From Heptranchias perlo (taxonomy: Eukaryota): 64,000 nucleotides of DNA. Both the position numbers and the translations under genes were made by a program. The stretch lies in assembly GCF_035084215.1 (NCBI RefSeq), contig NC_090345.1, forward strand, positions 23,560,001 to 23,624,000. Direction: 5' to 3'. A model generated the notes under the pieces. That model saw only the letters and a list, made by a program, of their open reading frames with translations. It was not told where the DNA came from and did not search any database. Shown here one piece after another: positions 36,901 through 51,555 of the stretch (position 1 is the stretch's first letter; each line of letters opens with the position of its first letter).

Positions 36901-39900
36901 ACCAATGGGAATGATAGTCCTATGAATGACGTTTCCCAAATCAATTTACGTTTCGTTTTTAATTTTTCGTGCGGAAGATAAAATAATGCAAATAAGGTTC
37001 AACCTGGTGCAGAGAATTGTAGCGCCATCATCTGCTGCCACTGCGCCATTTATGTATTTAAAAAACGTTTTGATTTTCAAAAGTACTGAGGGATACAATG
37101 CGTTTCTTATAGTTTCACAATGGATTCTGAAAAAAACAGCACTCACTTTCCTTGTTTGTAAGCCAGTTTGGTGATTTGAGGAATTTATGTTCACAGAAAT
37201 TGACAAAATGTAGAGATGATCGTGGAAATTTGCTGTTGTGAAAAACATTGATTAAAACGCAGGCAAGTTAAATTGAAGAAAACATGTTATTCTAATATAG
37301 TAGTGTTGTTGTACCCTTCGCTTCTTTCTTGACGCTCTATCCCTTGTAATTTTCATGGCACATTATATTGCAAGTATATCAGTTTGCACAATAGTCAGAA
37401 TGATGTCACAGACTCTATTCAGGTTGTAAGAACATTGCTTATCATTCTGATCACTGCGGATAATTGCTCAGATTGGGGCGACGAATTCTGAGGAGGCCGC
37501 AAGATCACAGGCTACGCGTGAAATGTTTGATAGGATCATCGCACTGCTTAATAAACTGATGTAGTATTAAAGAGTAGAGAAATCAGGGACGCACACGCAA
37601 ACCTGTTATGAGCAATCTTTTCCTAAACACTTAATGTGGTAGAATGTCAAAGAACAAATATTTACTATTGCATTTCTGCAAAAATCAATACTAAACAGGT
37701 TAGTTTCCGAAATTAATAACCCCATGTCTGTGCTCAGCATTCAAATGTCGCGGTTCTATAATTAAACTGAGTAAATGTTCCATTTAACTTTAGTTAAATA
37801 TTTTATACTTTTTAAATTACGTGCTTCATGCATTAAATCATATGCAACTGAGTTGTATTAATTTACTTACCTAACCTAATATAAAATGGTACAAATCTGG
37901 ACTAAAGCAACGTTTAGTATGTGTTGCATAGTGTTGGTTCTAACGTCTCCGTCTATTATATTGAATGAAAATCAGCACTTAATAGTGATTAGTGAAATTC
38001 TATTAACGTCTTGCGTTAGAGACGAAGGTTTTTCATTGCACCCCAATCACAATAATGATTTCAGCCCCAAACACTTACTCAGCCAGCTTTACACTACACC
38101 TTTTTGGACAGCTGGATTTACGCTATAGTGTCAGGATAATGACCCGGTTTATACACCGCCAGCTTTAAAAGAATCTGAAATTCACTGCTTTCCAAATGGC
38201 ATTTTTTTCTAAATCCTTTTAAAGATTCATCAATAAGTGTCCCTGGTATCAGGTCATTGGGTACGGGACTAACCTATCGATATACAGAATTGAGGCCAGA
38301 GCAGGGTCTGGTTTGATTTCTCATTAAGAGAAAGCTCGCGAGTAAGATATTAATGACATGTATTAAGTGTTTGGCAAATGTCTGGGTATCTGTTTCCTTT
38401 ACTTCTGATCAATAGATTAGACAGTCCGAGCGATGGATGCATGTGCCGAGGTAAAGAGAAGCAATGTACTCGAATATGTGTTTGTACCTATGGCTGAAGA
38501 CAAGCCTTTTTCTTACTTGTGGTCTTTTTGCCGACTAATTCTGAATGAGACTTTAAAAATATTTTTGAGGTAACTTTAAGGGCAGTGATAAAGTCAAACG
38601 AGCCAAGCTGACCCGTACAAGTGCAACCAAAGAGGGACAAAAAAGCAAACATCGTTCCTTCACAAAATATTGGTACCATGTTGTGGGTGATACCACTGCA
38701 AGTCGAGCCAGAAATTAAACGCAACATTTGTGTGCCGCAAAAACGTAGCAATCATTGTCACAAGCTATGTATTTATTTACTGTAGCGTTTATGGGAGAGG
38801 CCTCTTGGGCTACCAACACTAAATGAATAAATCTCATATCAGTAACATTTCAGAGAGGGAACATTTTACTACTATCACTGTGACAAAGTCAGTATTGTTA
38901 CTTTATGGTGCAAACTACCCTGTAAGAATGAACAAAGAACCCATCTACCGTCAAATATTAGATGCCAATGTGCTACCGAACGTTTGGACTTGGACAAATT
39001 CCCTAGAATGATATCGAGGTTAACATTTTCTCCATTACACATTCTTCCACTATATAATGATTCAAAGCTATCATTTTGGGCATTCATCATGACCGAGCAT
39101 GATAATGCAATAATATTTAATAATTCACACGGTCTGAAAATTGTTTTGGTCGGATATTGCCTTTTTGCGGATAAAGGAATTATGACATTGTTATCGACGG
39201 CATTCCTGAACCCCTCATAATTATGATGATGAATATTATAGCTTGGAATCATTCATATTTAACTGTGCAAATGCTGACACGCTATTATTGACAAAATATG
39301 TCATAACAATTCTGCCTTGTCTTCCAAAATTCGTATCTACAATATTAGCCATATTGCGCTATTTTTTTCCGCGAATGTTTAAAATAAGCGGAGCATTCAG
39401 GAGAAATAAAGGTTTGTGTTGCTGTTGTTTTACCGAGATTGCTCACGCCTGCTTGAAGGGTTTAATATTAACAGAACAGAATCACATCCCCGTTGAAAGT
39501 GTTAAATAGATAATCTCAAATCCATTTGGCAAAGTACTAAAAAGTCACTGTTACATTAATCGGAAATGAGGGCTGGTTTGGAAAGACATCATTAAGTTAC
39601 TAATACGTCACTGGTCCGCAAAATCAAATACCATTTGACAATGTTCACATCTGGAACTTAAATCATAATAACTACTGCATTTAAAATAAAATGTATAGAC
39701 AGTAAACTCACATGTGAGTGCAATGTAGACACCACTGCTGATACATCCAGTGGTTAAGATAGGTACAGCATGACATCAATTGTAATAAAATCAGAAAATG
39801 CTATAAATGCTGTCTGCATCCCAGACAGGCTTGCTGAGAATTTCAAGCATTTCCTGTTTTTGTTTCAGATTTGCAGTTTTTTTTTCTTTCCATTTCTAAC

Positions 39901-42900
39901 AACATTTGATTACCAACGACCCCATAAAGTCGTCAGAAGGGCACAAGTCAGTAGACGTTTTTTTTTCTAGCGGGTTCTTAATGACAGACTTGTGTAAACA
40001 AACACATCTGTGTAATTTATCAGGTTTACCGATAGGTTTGCTTAGAAAAATTGGACCTCCAAAAATGTTCAGAACAGACAGGTCTTTGATTTTATCCCTT
40101 TTTCACTCCACCCAAACTAGGTTGCTTTTAATGCATCTATCAGGTTGTCATTTATCCATTCACTATTTAAAGTTTTTTTAAATGTACATTGCATCTAGTT
40201 TTCATTCCTAAAGTGATTACGCTGAAAGAAGACAGGTTGTATGTAGGTTCTTGGCGTTAAAATCTGATGTGCTGTTTTTGTTCCAATTAATTTCCCGACA
40301 CCTGCTGAAAAACAGTCTAGCAGTAGGTAGCATACATTAGAAGAATCCTGAACACAGAGTGATTATTGTCTCGTTTTGGAATTTTGGAATTAACTCTAAG
40401 GTAACTTAAAGATCTAGACTTATAAAATTAATAAATCCCAAACAGGCATATACAGTAGCATCGTCTTATAAAAACAGCCACTAAAGAAATACACAAACTT
40501 TTTTGTGGCTCCAGTACGATTTGTTGTATGATTCTGAAAGTTTTCTTTCGGTTAATACTGGATATGCCTTTCTGCCATGTTGTTCGCAACAAAACAAAAT
40601 GAATTTACGCCAGATTTTGCTGTTGCAAGAAAATTACAGAAATACGTGCTGTTGACCTGTAAATTGCTTGAAGAAATAGTGATAAAGAAAATATATATCG
40701 ACAGGGGGTGCTGTACAGGAAGCGTTCGGCACACAACCCTGAGTTAATTATGAATCATTCAATCACTTCCATCTGCAGTATTTCTTCGGTCAGAAGCGAT
40801 CGAACAGCTTGAATCCTGAACACAGCCTTTATGAATGGCTTCATCAACCAGATGACAAAAGCTAAGGGTTTACCATTCAAAACATGACTTTAACTCTGAG
40901 AACTAATGATGTACTTTTCCCCAAACCGCTGTTCTGCCAACCAAACAAAATAAGTTATCCCGAATCATGACAGAACGAATATGCCAAAGGAATAGAGACA
41001 ACTCTCTGCTCATAGAACACAAAAGAAAAATAGGAATAGTGTGTCATTCCGAGGTGTGGCTTTAAACTCTCACTGCAGCAGGCAAAAGGTTAATTGCCCT
41101 TGGCTTAGTTCTGTTTCTGTCTAGTGACGTGATTGTCATCTCTTTAAAAAGAAACTGGAAAAAACAGCGGGGGGAAAGAATCATTCCCTAAAACGATATA
41201 AGTCTTAAACATTCAGGGACAACACCTAAAGTATCAAGCAGCTCGTTTATCTCTTGTTTCAAGACTTCATATTACAAAGGAGCTCCCTGATGATAAGTAT
41301 CTTCTGTCAAAAGAGATTGACTGCCCTGATGGACATGTTCGCGGTTTCTGATGTCTTCTCCTCAGGGGTTGTTTTAAGACTTCGAAAGGTGTTCCTCTCT
41401 GATCTGTCTTCCCATAACCTGAAGGGAAATAATTAGCAAAAAAAAATCAGTTTGTAACACGGGAGAGGGACGAACGTGATCTCCAAGCAACATCAGAGAG
41501 AACAATGCATTCCTTTAGTGAAAGTCATGTAATGAATAAGAAGGTGGCTGCTTTTAAAACAAAATTGTCCAATTTGGATGTGTAACAGTTTGTTTTTAAC
41601 CGCTAATTGCCACATTCAAAGAAGGAACCGAATCAAAGTCTGTTAATGATGCTTTTAAGCATAGTTGTTTCATTTATTGTTTGAGTGCTGCCGCAGTAAT
41701 TGTGCAGCATTTAAAAATAAATGTCCAGTTCATCAAGATTTTTAATCCGAGCATCAGGTTAATGTTTTGCCAAGTTCTCGGAAAATTCACAATAACTTAT
41801 GTTTAACTTATTTACAGTATACTGGCGATTGCATAATTCTGATATATACTTTAATCTATCGTGGTTTCGTCGGCAGGACGAAATGACTCGAGTGATTTGA
41901 GAACTTTGCATCGCTTTTTAAGTGTAAATACTGCCTTACTAAATCAATCAGGGGATAAATTCCTTAAAACAACATATAATGGAAGAATAGCTCAGTCATA
42001 CACTAAGATGAACCATGAAAATGAATCCACGAGTCGCGGTGATTCAAATCAGAAACTTCAAGGTATCATAAATAAACATTTACCTGTTCTTTGATAGGAG
42101 CCTTTTAACTCAATCATCAATCTATAATAACGCATACATAAATTTTCAACAGTATGAACAGGGTATGTATTATTTACATCTGTGCTAACTTCTGTTATAC
42201 CTAAACCATACTGATAAAGAGAAGCGCTCTGTTGTAGTCATTGTCCTTTGTAAGTACCAAACAACTACTACACACTGTACATACGCTATCTGATAACTGT
42301 CGCGCTATGAATGTTTCAAAAATAACTAGTGAGGTAGTTTCTTAATAAGTCACATTAATATTAGAGAAAGTTTGAACAATGGACATGTGTCATCTCAAAG
42401 AGTGAAGCTATCGTAAAGAATATGAATATGACCAGAATAAGATTTTAAAATAACCCATAGCATCTGGACGCAGTAAAGTTTTTAGATCTACTTGAATCAA
42501 AAGTCCACTGTAGGCCTGTCTGTTGATCTGCAAAAAAATGACATTTCTTAAAGAAAAGAATCTTAAATTATAACATTCGCCACACATAAGAACACTCTCA
42601 TTTTCGCCTAATTATTCTTGGGTATTCCACATAATTGAAACAATTGTCTATTTCAATCCCAACCAGCGCACATATATTAATGTTAATATAATTGATATTG
42701 TTACTTTCTATCATAATGATAATCTAATTCAATCAGAATATAAATAGACTATGGTATTATGGGAAAAGTTTCCAAAGGGTAATAAAGGCAAAATCAGTTA
42801 AGGTGCGACTTCTAATGAATCCATCCCCAAGCCATTCACATGTGCCTACAGAAACTGAGATTCATGGTTTGATGTCAGACGTTTTCGTTAATTGTATCAC

Positions 42901-45279
42901 TAACCGGTTTTTGAATGACGAACTCGCAGCGTTCAAAAGTTCTAACCGGCTCGCAACTCTCGAGAGGCAACAATCAGAAGAAATGCAAACTCCTAACTTA
43001 TCTGCACTTCATTAAAAAAAAGTAATATTCTCAAACCTAAAACTATTTGGATCATTCTTCTTTCACTTTATTCATTGCGCTTCCCTTTAGGTTTGTTTGA
43101 AACTGTTGAAAAGAACTGTAGCTCCCTTTTCCGTGTGACCATCTATGCATATCACAAATATCTATGCATTCATTCAGCAGGTGCCTTTAAATAACTGACT
43201 GAAGCCTGATATTTTTCCTGTATATAATCTCGCAAACAATCGCACTCAGTCTCCTTGACTATAGTGCAGTTCAGCAGGCAAATACGTGAAACTGTAGAAC
43301 AAAAGAGCTTAGGAGTAATGGGGATCGAACTTTAGAAACAGGTCCAGTCCCCTTTATAATGATTATAAACATCCCATAGTCCTTTTATGCGTGCAGGTGA
43401 TTTTCTTTTTGAAAGACAAATTAATTACAGATGCAAATCATGAATTAATCTGCAGCCTGTAGGGGAGTGCATTGTAGTTGTAATTATCATTGCAGTAGCT
43501 ACCTTTTACTGCCCTGTGTAATCGTTAACATGTATTTTTATATATAAAGTTATGGACCCATGACTCATTTTTCCCCATAGATTTGAATAAATGTTTTTTC
43601 TGGATGTCACGGCGCGTAGCATTGCTTAATTTGCGTCCATTAGAATGGACAATAATGCAATTGTAATATGTGCTGAAAGATAATACATAGCCTGTTATCG
43701 AGATGTGGACACTAGTAATCATCTTGTTAAAAGGGTCAACGGCGGATACCTGGTCTATTAGCCTGGTCATTTACACTAAGATAGAGCCTAGTATCCCCAT
43801 GGAATGACACTAAGGTGTAAATGTTTTCATTCAACTGAATGAAACGAAAGATAACATTGGGTAAACAGCAAAAGTCATAGGTAACAAATAATGTATAGGG
43901 AATGAAGATGGGTGTTTCAATTTTCACGCACACTCATCCAAATGTGTTGACACGTTCCTTAGTGGCATAAATTATCTGCATTATAGATAAGAGCTGGACT
44001 GTTGCAATCATTGCCTATTATGTACTGTAGGACCAAACAGCAAATCTTCTATCTGATTACAGTTCTGGAACATTATGTAAATATATAAACAATATACACA
44101 ATGTGCTGTGTTCAGCTGCAGAGTAAAGGAAACGCATTAGTAAAATGAAAATAAAGATAAACTAAATGGAATCCTTTATTAAACCGTCTAAAACAAATTT
44201 GATCAAATTCCCGTGCATCACTCTGGTAAGCCTTTTGCTAAACTGACCTGGCGAGGTGTGTGGAATAATGCTCTGTCCTGAGATTGCCGCAGTATAAATT
44301 GGAATAATAATCATCAAAAAAATCAGCACTCAGTTGACATTTACCAAAACTATGTGAATATATTCAAGTGGTAGCTTAACATGAAATTGTTCTGGTTTAC
44401 AGACTAATTACCTCCTCTTCCTCAATTCTCGTTCTTCTAAATTAGTGCTGTAGCATTTTGCAAGTGTTTAAATTGGATTATTTGTATTATAATAGGCAGT
44501 ACATAAAATAATATTTAAAAATATTAGATATATTTATGTTTTCTCTTTTCTAAAGTATAAATGCTCAAGCGGTTCGCGACTTTTTTTTGTTGGGGGGGGG
44601 GGGTAAATCCGTCAGGCAAACAGTGAAAATGGTTCTTCTCTATTAAATGAACTCATGAGAAATACAGTACAACATTAAAATGACATATGCGAAATCCTGT
44701 TCGAATCTGAGGTCACAGCATATCCGTTCTACTTATAAATCTTCATATACAAATTGGGCTTGCTTCCATAATAAAATTATTGCTATTTCGTGCAGTGCTA
44801 CACTTCATAAAATCGCGTTTTAATGTGCAATATATCCCTGGCATATAATACTTTATCATGAAAACCTCACAAATTGAACGTCTCTGTTTAAAACCGCATG
44901 GAACATTACAGACATCTCTTTTTGATTCTGGCTGCTTCATACGCGGAGACGCTTTATTTTCGGTATTGCACCATCCAGTCAAGATAGAAACTGGACTTTA
45001 AAAAGGCAAAGCCTGGAAAATAACCAATTTATAGAAAGAAGATTGGGGTTTTTTTTCTCTTTGTAAAATGTGTTGCCTCAATGAGCAACCAGAGTGTTGA
45101 GGCGCTCAAAATGACAGAGGAGCAAAAGCCTGGACGCTTTAAACAAATTTCCCCTACAGATGGAAATGAAGCAGCGTTTTGTGCCAATGGACAGGGGTAA
45201 GTCATTTGCCTACTGCTCGTCTAGTGGTGGTTTACAGGACGAGTTTCTTTTGTGGTATTAGTTTCGTCCTCATTTGCTG

Positions 45280-45310
45280 CCTAATTGGACTATATAAAGC
45301 CAATAACAGG
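45280..45310 (+). promoter_or_regulatory. Candidate HMX3 core promoter
   Basis: TATATAAA at 45291-45298, flanked by ATTGG and CCAAT, ~360 bp upstream of the ATG. Confidence 0.45.
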
Positions 45311-45570
45311 CGAGCTCTTATAGCCTTAAGGGAAGCGCAAAGTATAGGGAGGTGGACTCATTACATGCCATTCTTTTTTTTTCCTTCGATAATCCCATTT
45401 GCCATTGTGCGTGCCCAATCGCCGTATACTTTCTGCATTTAACTTGTATGACATTTTTATTTCATCATTATCATCTGGCGCCAGATTGACGCTGAATGCC
45501 TCCTACTCTGTTCCAAATTGCTGTGGATTGCCACTGTACCCACATGCAAAAGTTTGGTGCGTTTTTCTGA

Positions 45571-46650
<1,080 letters not shown>

Positions 46651-47171
46651 TTTTATTTTAATATTTAACTTGCATTACTTTTTTTGTATTAGACCTTGTA
46701 GTTTTGAAGCAACGAGCCACAAGAAGACCAGCTGTAAATTTCTACATTGCTCCCATCCTCTAGCCACATCTATACCCCCTTTAAGACCAGTCTGGGTTTA
46801 CCATTTTATTCTCATTTTATTTGACCATTTTTGTTTTTGTAAGCTCAAGCCATGTAGTTTTGAGGAATGATACCTACAGGAGGATCCGCTGTAAATGTCT
46901 TTCTTTTTTGTAAGTACTAAAAGGAGTGGTGAAAATGTTGTTCTTTATTATGGTTTCACGTATCTGTGCAATATTGTACTAAAGAAGTTAAAGCACTGTG
47001 TTGGAGTATAGAGGAAAATCATTGCAAGTTGAAATCCAACTTATATTGGTCTAACTGGAATAACGTGTGACGAGTAGCACTGGCGATTACGAACATTATC
47101 AAGGTTCTAATGTCAAGGCGCTTTAACTGAAGGACAATCAGAAAAATATTTAAGGTTTTGTTTATTTATTT

Positions 47172-47525
47172 AATAAATGTACTGTTTACGTGGTGACGTA
47201 TTTTAATTTACCTGGATTGTAAATTTATTGACAGAAGTAATAAGATAAAGATTCTAATTTTTTCAGACAATACTTTGTGTTTATTATTTCTGATGTTTTC
47301 ACCGGATGTATCATAGTTATTTACTGCGAAAATAATGGGTGTTCTGTATGTTTTAACAAAAAAAATGAAATAAAATATTGGCGTTTTTGATATTGTAATG
47401 CCGAATTTTGTTGAACAGACTTGTTGTGAACTAAAATAAAATGTAAGCATTCCTTGTTACTCAAATGTGTAATTTCGTACAAAGACTAGCTGAAGAAACA
47501 GTAAAGTTGCTGTTTTGTGAATAAA
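47172..47525 (+). terminator. Candidate HMX3 polyadenylation signals
   Basis: Several AATAAA hexamers (e.g. 47172, 47520) in an AU-rich 3' region. The site actually used is unknown. Confidence 0.35.
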
Positions 47526-50500
47526 GTATATAAATACTATTTGTGGCTAAAAACGACACGATATTTGCAGAAACCCAATCACGATCAGTTGATAGGCCTA
47601 AAATTTCATGGCGTCAATGCTTAAGGACATAATCATTTAAAAGGAAACTAGCTGGATTGGTATTTTACACAATGCAATAGTGTATCTAATCTGGAGGAAT
47701 ACTTTATTTTATCTAGCAAAGGAAACGCCACCTCAGCTTTTATATGATTATTCTGCAACATTCTTAGTCAGTTGTTATCTGATACATGGTGTACAATATT
47801 TCATATTCAGTGTAGTGAGGTTCGTGTCTGTTTTGTGAGTCACATTTTACAATTCAATCACATCTGACTTTTCCCTTCACAGTGTTAGCATTGAAACCTC
47901 AGACCGTGGTTAATTAAACTAACTGTAATACAAGTTAGGAAACTGCAATTAAACCGATGGTTGATCTGAATAAGGTTTTTTTCAAGCAAAACTTTTTTTT
48001 AAAAAGTTCTTTCAATTTGTAGTGAAGAATACTGATTGATTTGCCAAGGGTTTGCGGAACTGAAACTATTTGAAGTTATTAGAAGAATAACCTGTAGAAG
48101 TATTTCGCAATAGCTGGAGGGGTCACTAACAGTGCACTTCACGTGCCAAGTTTCTGTACACACACAGGATACGAATATATTTAATTATGGATTAAACAAT
48201 TACCTTTATGTTAAGCGACACTCTCTTTTATTTAAAACCTAGCTCCTACAAATGAGAGGACAGTTTCTATGCTGAAATTGGTGTGATAGGTAAATGGTAG
48301 GCCGCAAACAAAGTGAAACAAACCAGTCAGATGGCGTTGTTGGATCAAGTACAGACCAACCGAGTTTAGTAATCCCTTGACTGCACAGATATGTACCGGT
48401 GCTTGTATACTGAAAATATATTTTAACCATTCCTATTTTTGCAGAAGGTCACGGTTAAAGTCCTTTACAGACGAACAACTCTAGTTTATACCATTTGTAT
48501 TTTTATGGTTGACGTCCAAGAAACTGGCAGCGTCGTGTTCTGATTTTCAGATAGCATTGCTGTTAGTTTATCGCGTGAAACCTGTCGACAGTTGTGTCAG
48601 GTGATTCACAAATGACAAGGCGCTAAATAGGTGTCTCCGTGCCTTTGATTTTGTTTTAAATTGTTATGCGTCGTGGCTGAAAATAAACACAACACAAAAG
48701 CCAAAATATGTTGCCCCTTGTGTAAAATAACAACAAAACCGTGCCTTGTATTGTTGGCGGTACTGAGCTTATGACAACAGTGTCAATATGAACTTTTAAG
48801 GCGTTTATATAGCAAACACTCACCAGTTTAATCAACAGAAAACAGCGACTATAAATATGAAAAAGTACTTTTATTTTGTATTGAGTGTCCTAAAAGTACC
48901 TTGGGCTGACCTAATCTATACTCTATCAAGAATTGACCAGTCCAATAAAAACAAGGTTAAACTTAATATTTTTCACTCTGAGTAGTATTTTAAAATATAT
49001 CAAGTTGCAAAACGTTTGCTAACTAAAAGACACTCTTGCACAAAAAGGCGTGGTGCCCTCCTACAGATACAGCTTTACTGTATCTGATTCATTGTCAACC
49101 CATGGAAATCTACCTCACCTCAATAATCAATTTAACTTTACATAAAAGTAAATAGAAATACTGATTACTGCCAGTTTTTGGATCTTTTGGCAGTGTGAGA
49201 TTCTCTCCCCCTCTTCTCCTTCATTATAATATTGTGTTCTATATTTTTAAATCAAATGTGTAGTCATTACAATAATAAGATATGAAACTACAATTACTTT
49301 TGTTAATTTAGATAATATGGGATTGTAATGAAATATAATCACACTTTTGAACATGGGAGCCATTTCAAATATAATTTAAACAATTTAAACATCATTCCAT
49401 TTTAAAGATTGTAGTAATCCTCCCTCTCCAAAAGTATTTATTTTTAGTCATTTTGCTTGCTTCCCTATTAGTTCTTTCTATACGAGTGCATTTCAGTTTT
49501 CCAGGGTTTATTCACAACAGCAGACTGGCGGATCTTCAAATTTTCTACACAATTTAGGTAAAAGCAGCTTGTTCACACCTGTGTTTTTATGCTAATAACC
49601 CTAAATGTATTCTCTTATATTATTATAATGGTTACTGACCAAATTAAAATATTTGAGAAAAAATGTAGGCTGATTTCTAGAATGGCTTTCTATCATTCAT
49701 CCTTTGGCTTTATGTTATTTTTCCTCCTCAACATAGCTATCTCAGCCACCAATTTTACTTGTCACCCATTCCCCCACATAAATGATTTTCTCGCTCGGTA
49801 TCTGAATTAATGGTCAGACAGAACTGTTGAGGGAAAATTGCATTGTAATATAGTTTCTAAAAGTCACTGCCACAATCCTGCACATATGAAATGATTCCTA
49901 CTTAGAACATTCAGCTTAGGAGCCTTTAGATCTTTACCACAACATTCACCTAAGAAAAGAACCCTTTTATATATGCAGTTTATCTTTCACGTTATTCTGC
50001 AAAACTTTTTTTTTAGAAACAAAATATAAGGATGCATGTTGTCTTGCTTCAGTGTTTTCCATTAAGCATGTGAACAATTATCATGTTCTTAATTACACAA
50101 TCGTCATTATAATGGAAAAATATACTCAATTTTTTGTTTTTATAAAAGGGAAACAACATTTTGGTTTAAAAGCCGTGCTTGCAAAGCACTGGTTTGCACA
50201 TAAGACAAAGAAAGGATTGTTTATGTTAGATAGAGTGGCATCTCAGAAATGAGAGGCGCTATTAGCACAAAGACTAATCATAAATATGAACTGTTCCTGC
50301 TTAGCACTTAAACCCTCCGGTTTCCAAATCTCTGCTTTTGTTTGATACATCGTGATCCCTTCTCATTTCTGTAAATATGGCTGCATATATCCCGCTGTCA
50401 TGTTTGTACCTTAAACAGACATGTATTTCTTTTATTTGGTGCAAAACACGGGGAACTTTTGTATAGCAAACACTACAACCATTCCAAACAGATATAACCT

Positions 50501-51424
50501 TTCCATCACTGTCCATAACAGTCTTCAGAAGCACCGTGCAGATCATTTGTGGGTGAGCTCAGTTCAGCTTCAGCGGCCTGCGGGTATTTTACAGTTTAAC
50601 AACTGCACTAATTTGCGTCGAACTCTCCAAAATCTCAGTCTAACTGTAGCACAAATCTGTGCCTATCTCTCATATGCTTAGCGACTTTCCGGAGGGAAAC
50701 GGTGGCATTTAATAGGTCAGTATGTTTTGTTTACAAACTTTCTTTTTGCTTAAAATGTGTCTGTTTCATTAAAAGGGGCGAGATAATCACGTTCCTGTAT
50801 CGACGTTCGCGATGCAAACTCAACAAGGGGCCATTAAAGAGCATTAATAGATTGGCATAGCATTACGCTTTAGTTCGTATTGATCGCAAAATGTCTGCAA
50901 AATATTATTTCAATGAGGTGCATTGTTCATCGTAAGCTCCTGGAATGTTGTGACCTTGATTTGTTAGCATAAAGGGGGGAAAAGGAGGCAAAATTAGCGC
51001 GCGATATCCAGTCTATCTTCAAACTTCATCCCAAAACTCAGTATTTTAAATATACTGTGATACTCATAAGTGAAAAAGCAAAGTCCGAGTGCAGCTTAGC
51101 TGCGATTGCTAAATATCTTCATTCGCTGTATGCATTTCGAAACCCTGCTTCTTGTAAAGGCATCCCTCAAATAGGTTTTAACTCGGTAATTAACCGTGAT
51201 TCGCGCTTCGTAACGGTGCCAGAATCTTTATTCAGTAGTACAACTTCATCGGATATACAAAATAAATACCTGATTTGAAGTACACACTGCTCAGTTGGGA
51301 ACTAGTACTTTGCTCTACCTGGTGTAACTGTGAGCCCTGCCGTATATCACCCGGGTCTATTTTTTTTAGAAACGCAGTTTAAAGAATCCTTTGCACCTCT
51401 GAGTCCCATTCGCCTCAATGATGG

Positions 51425-51555
51425 NNNNNNNNNNNNNNNNNNNNNNNNNNNNNNNNNNNNNNNNNNNNNNNNNNNNNNNNNNNNNNNNNNNNNNNNNNNN
51501 NNNNNNNNNNNNNNNNNNNNNNNNNNNNNNNNNNNNNNNNNNNNNNNNNNNNNNN
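51425..51555. other. Assembly gap (131 N)
   Basis: Run of N characters. Confidence 1.
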
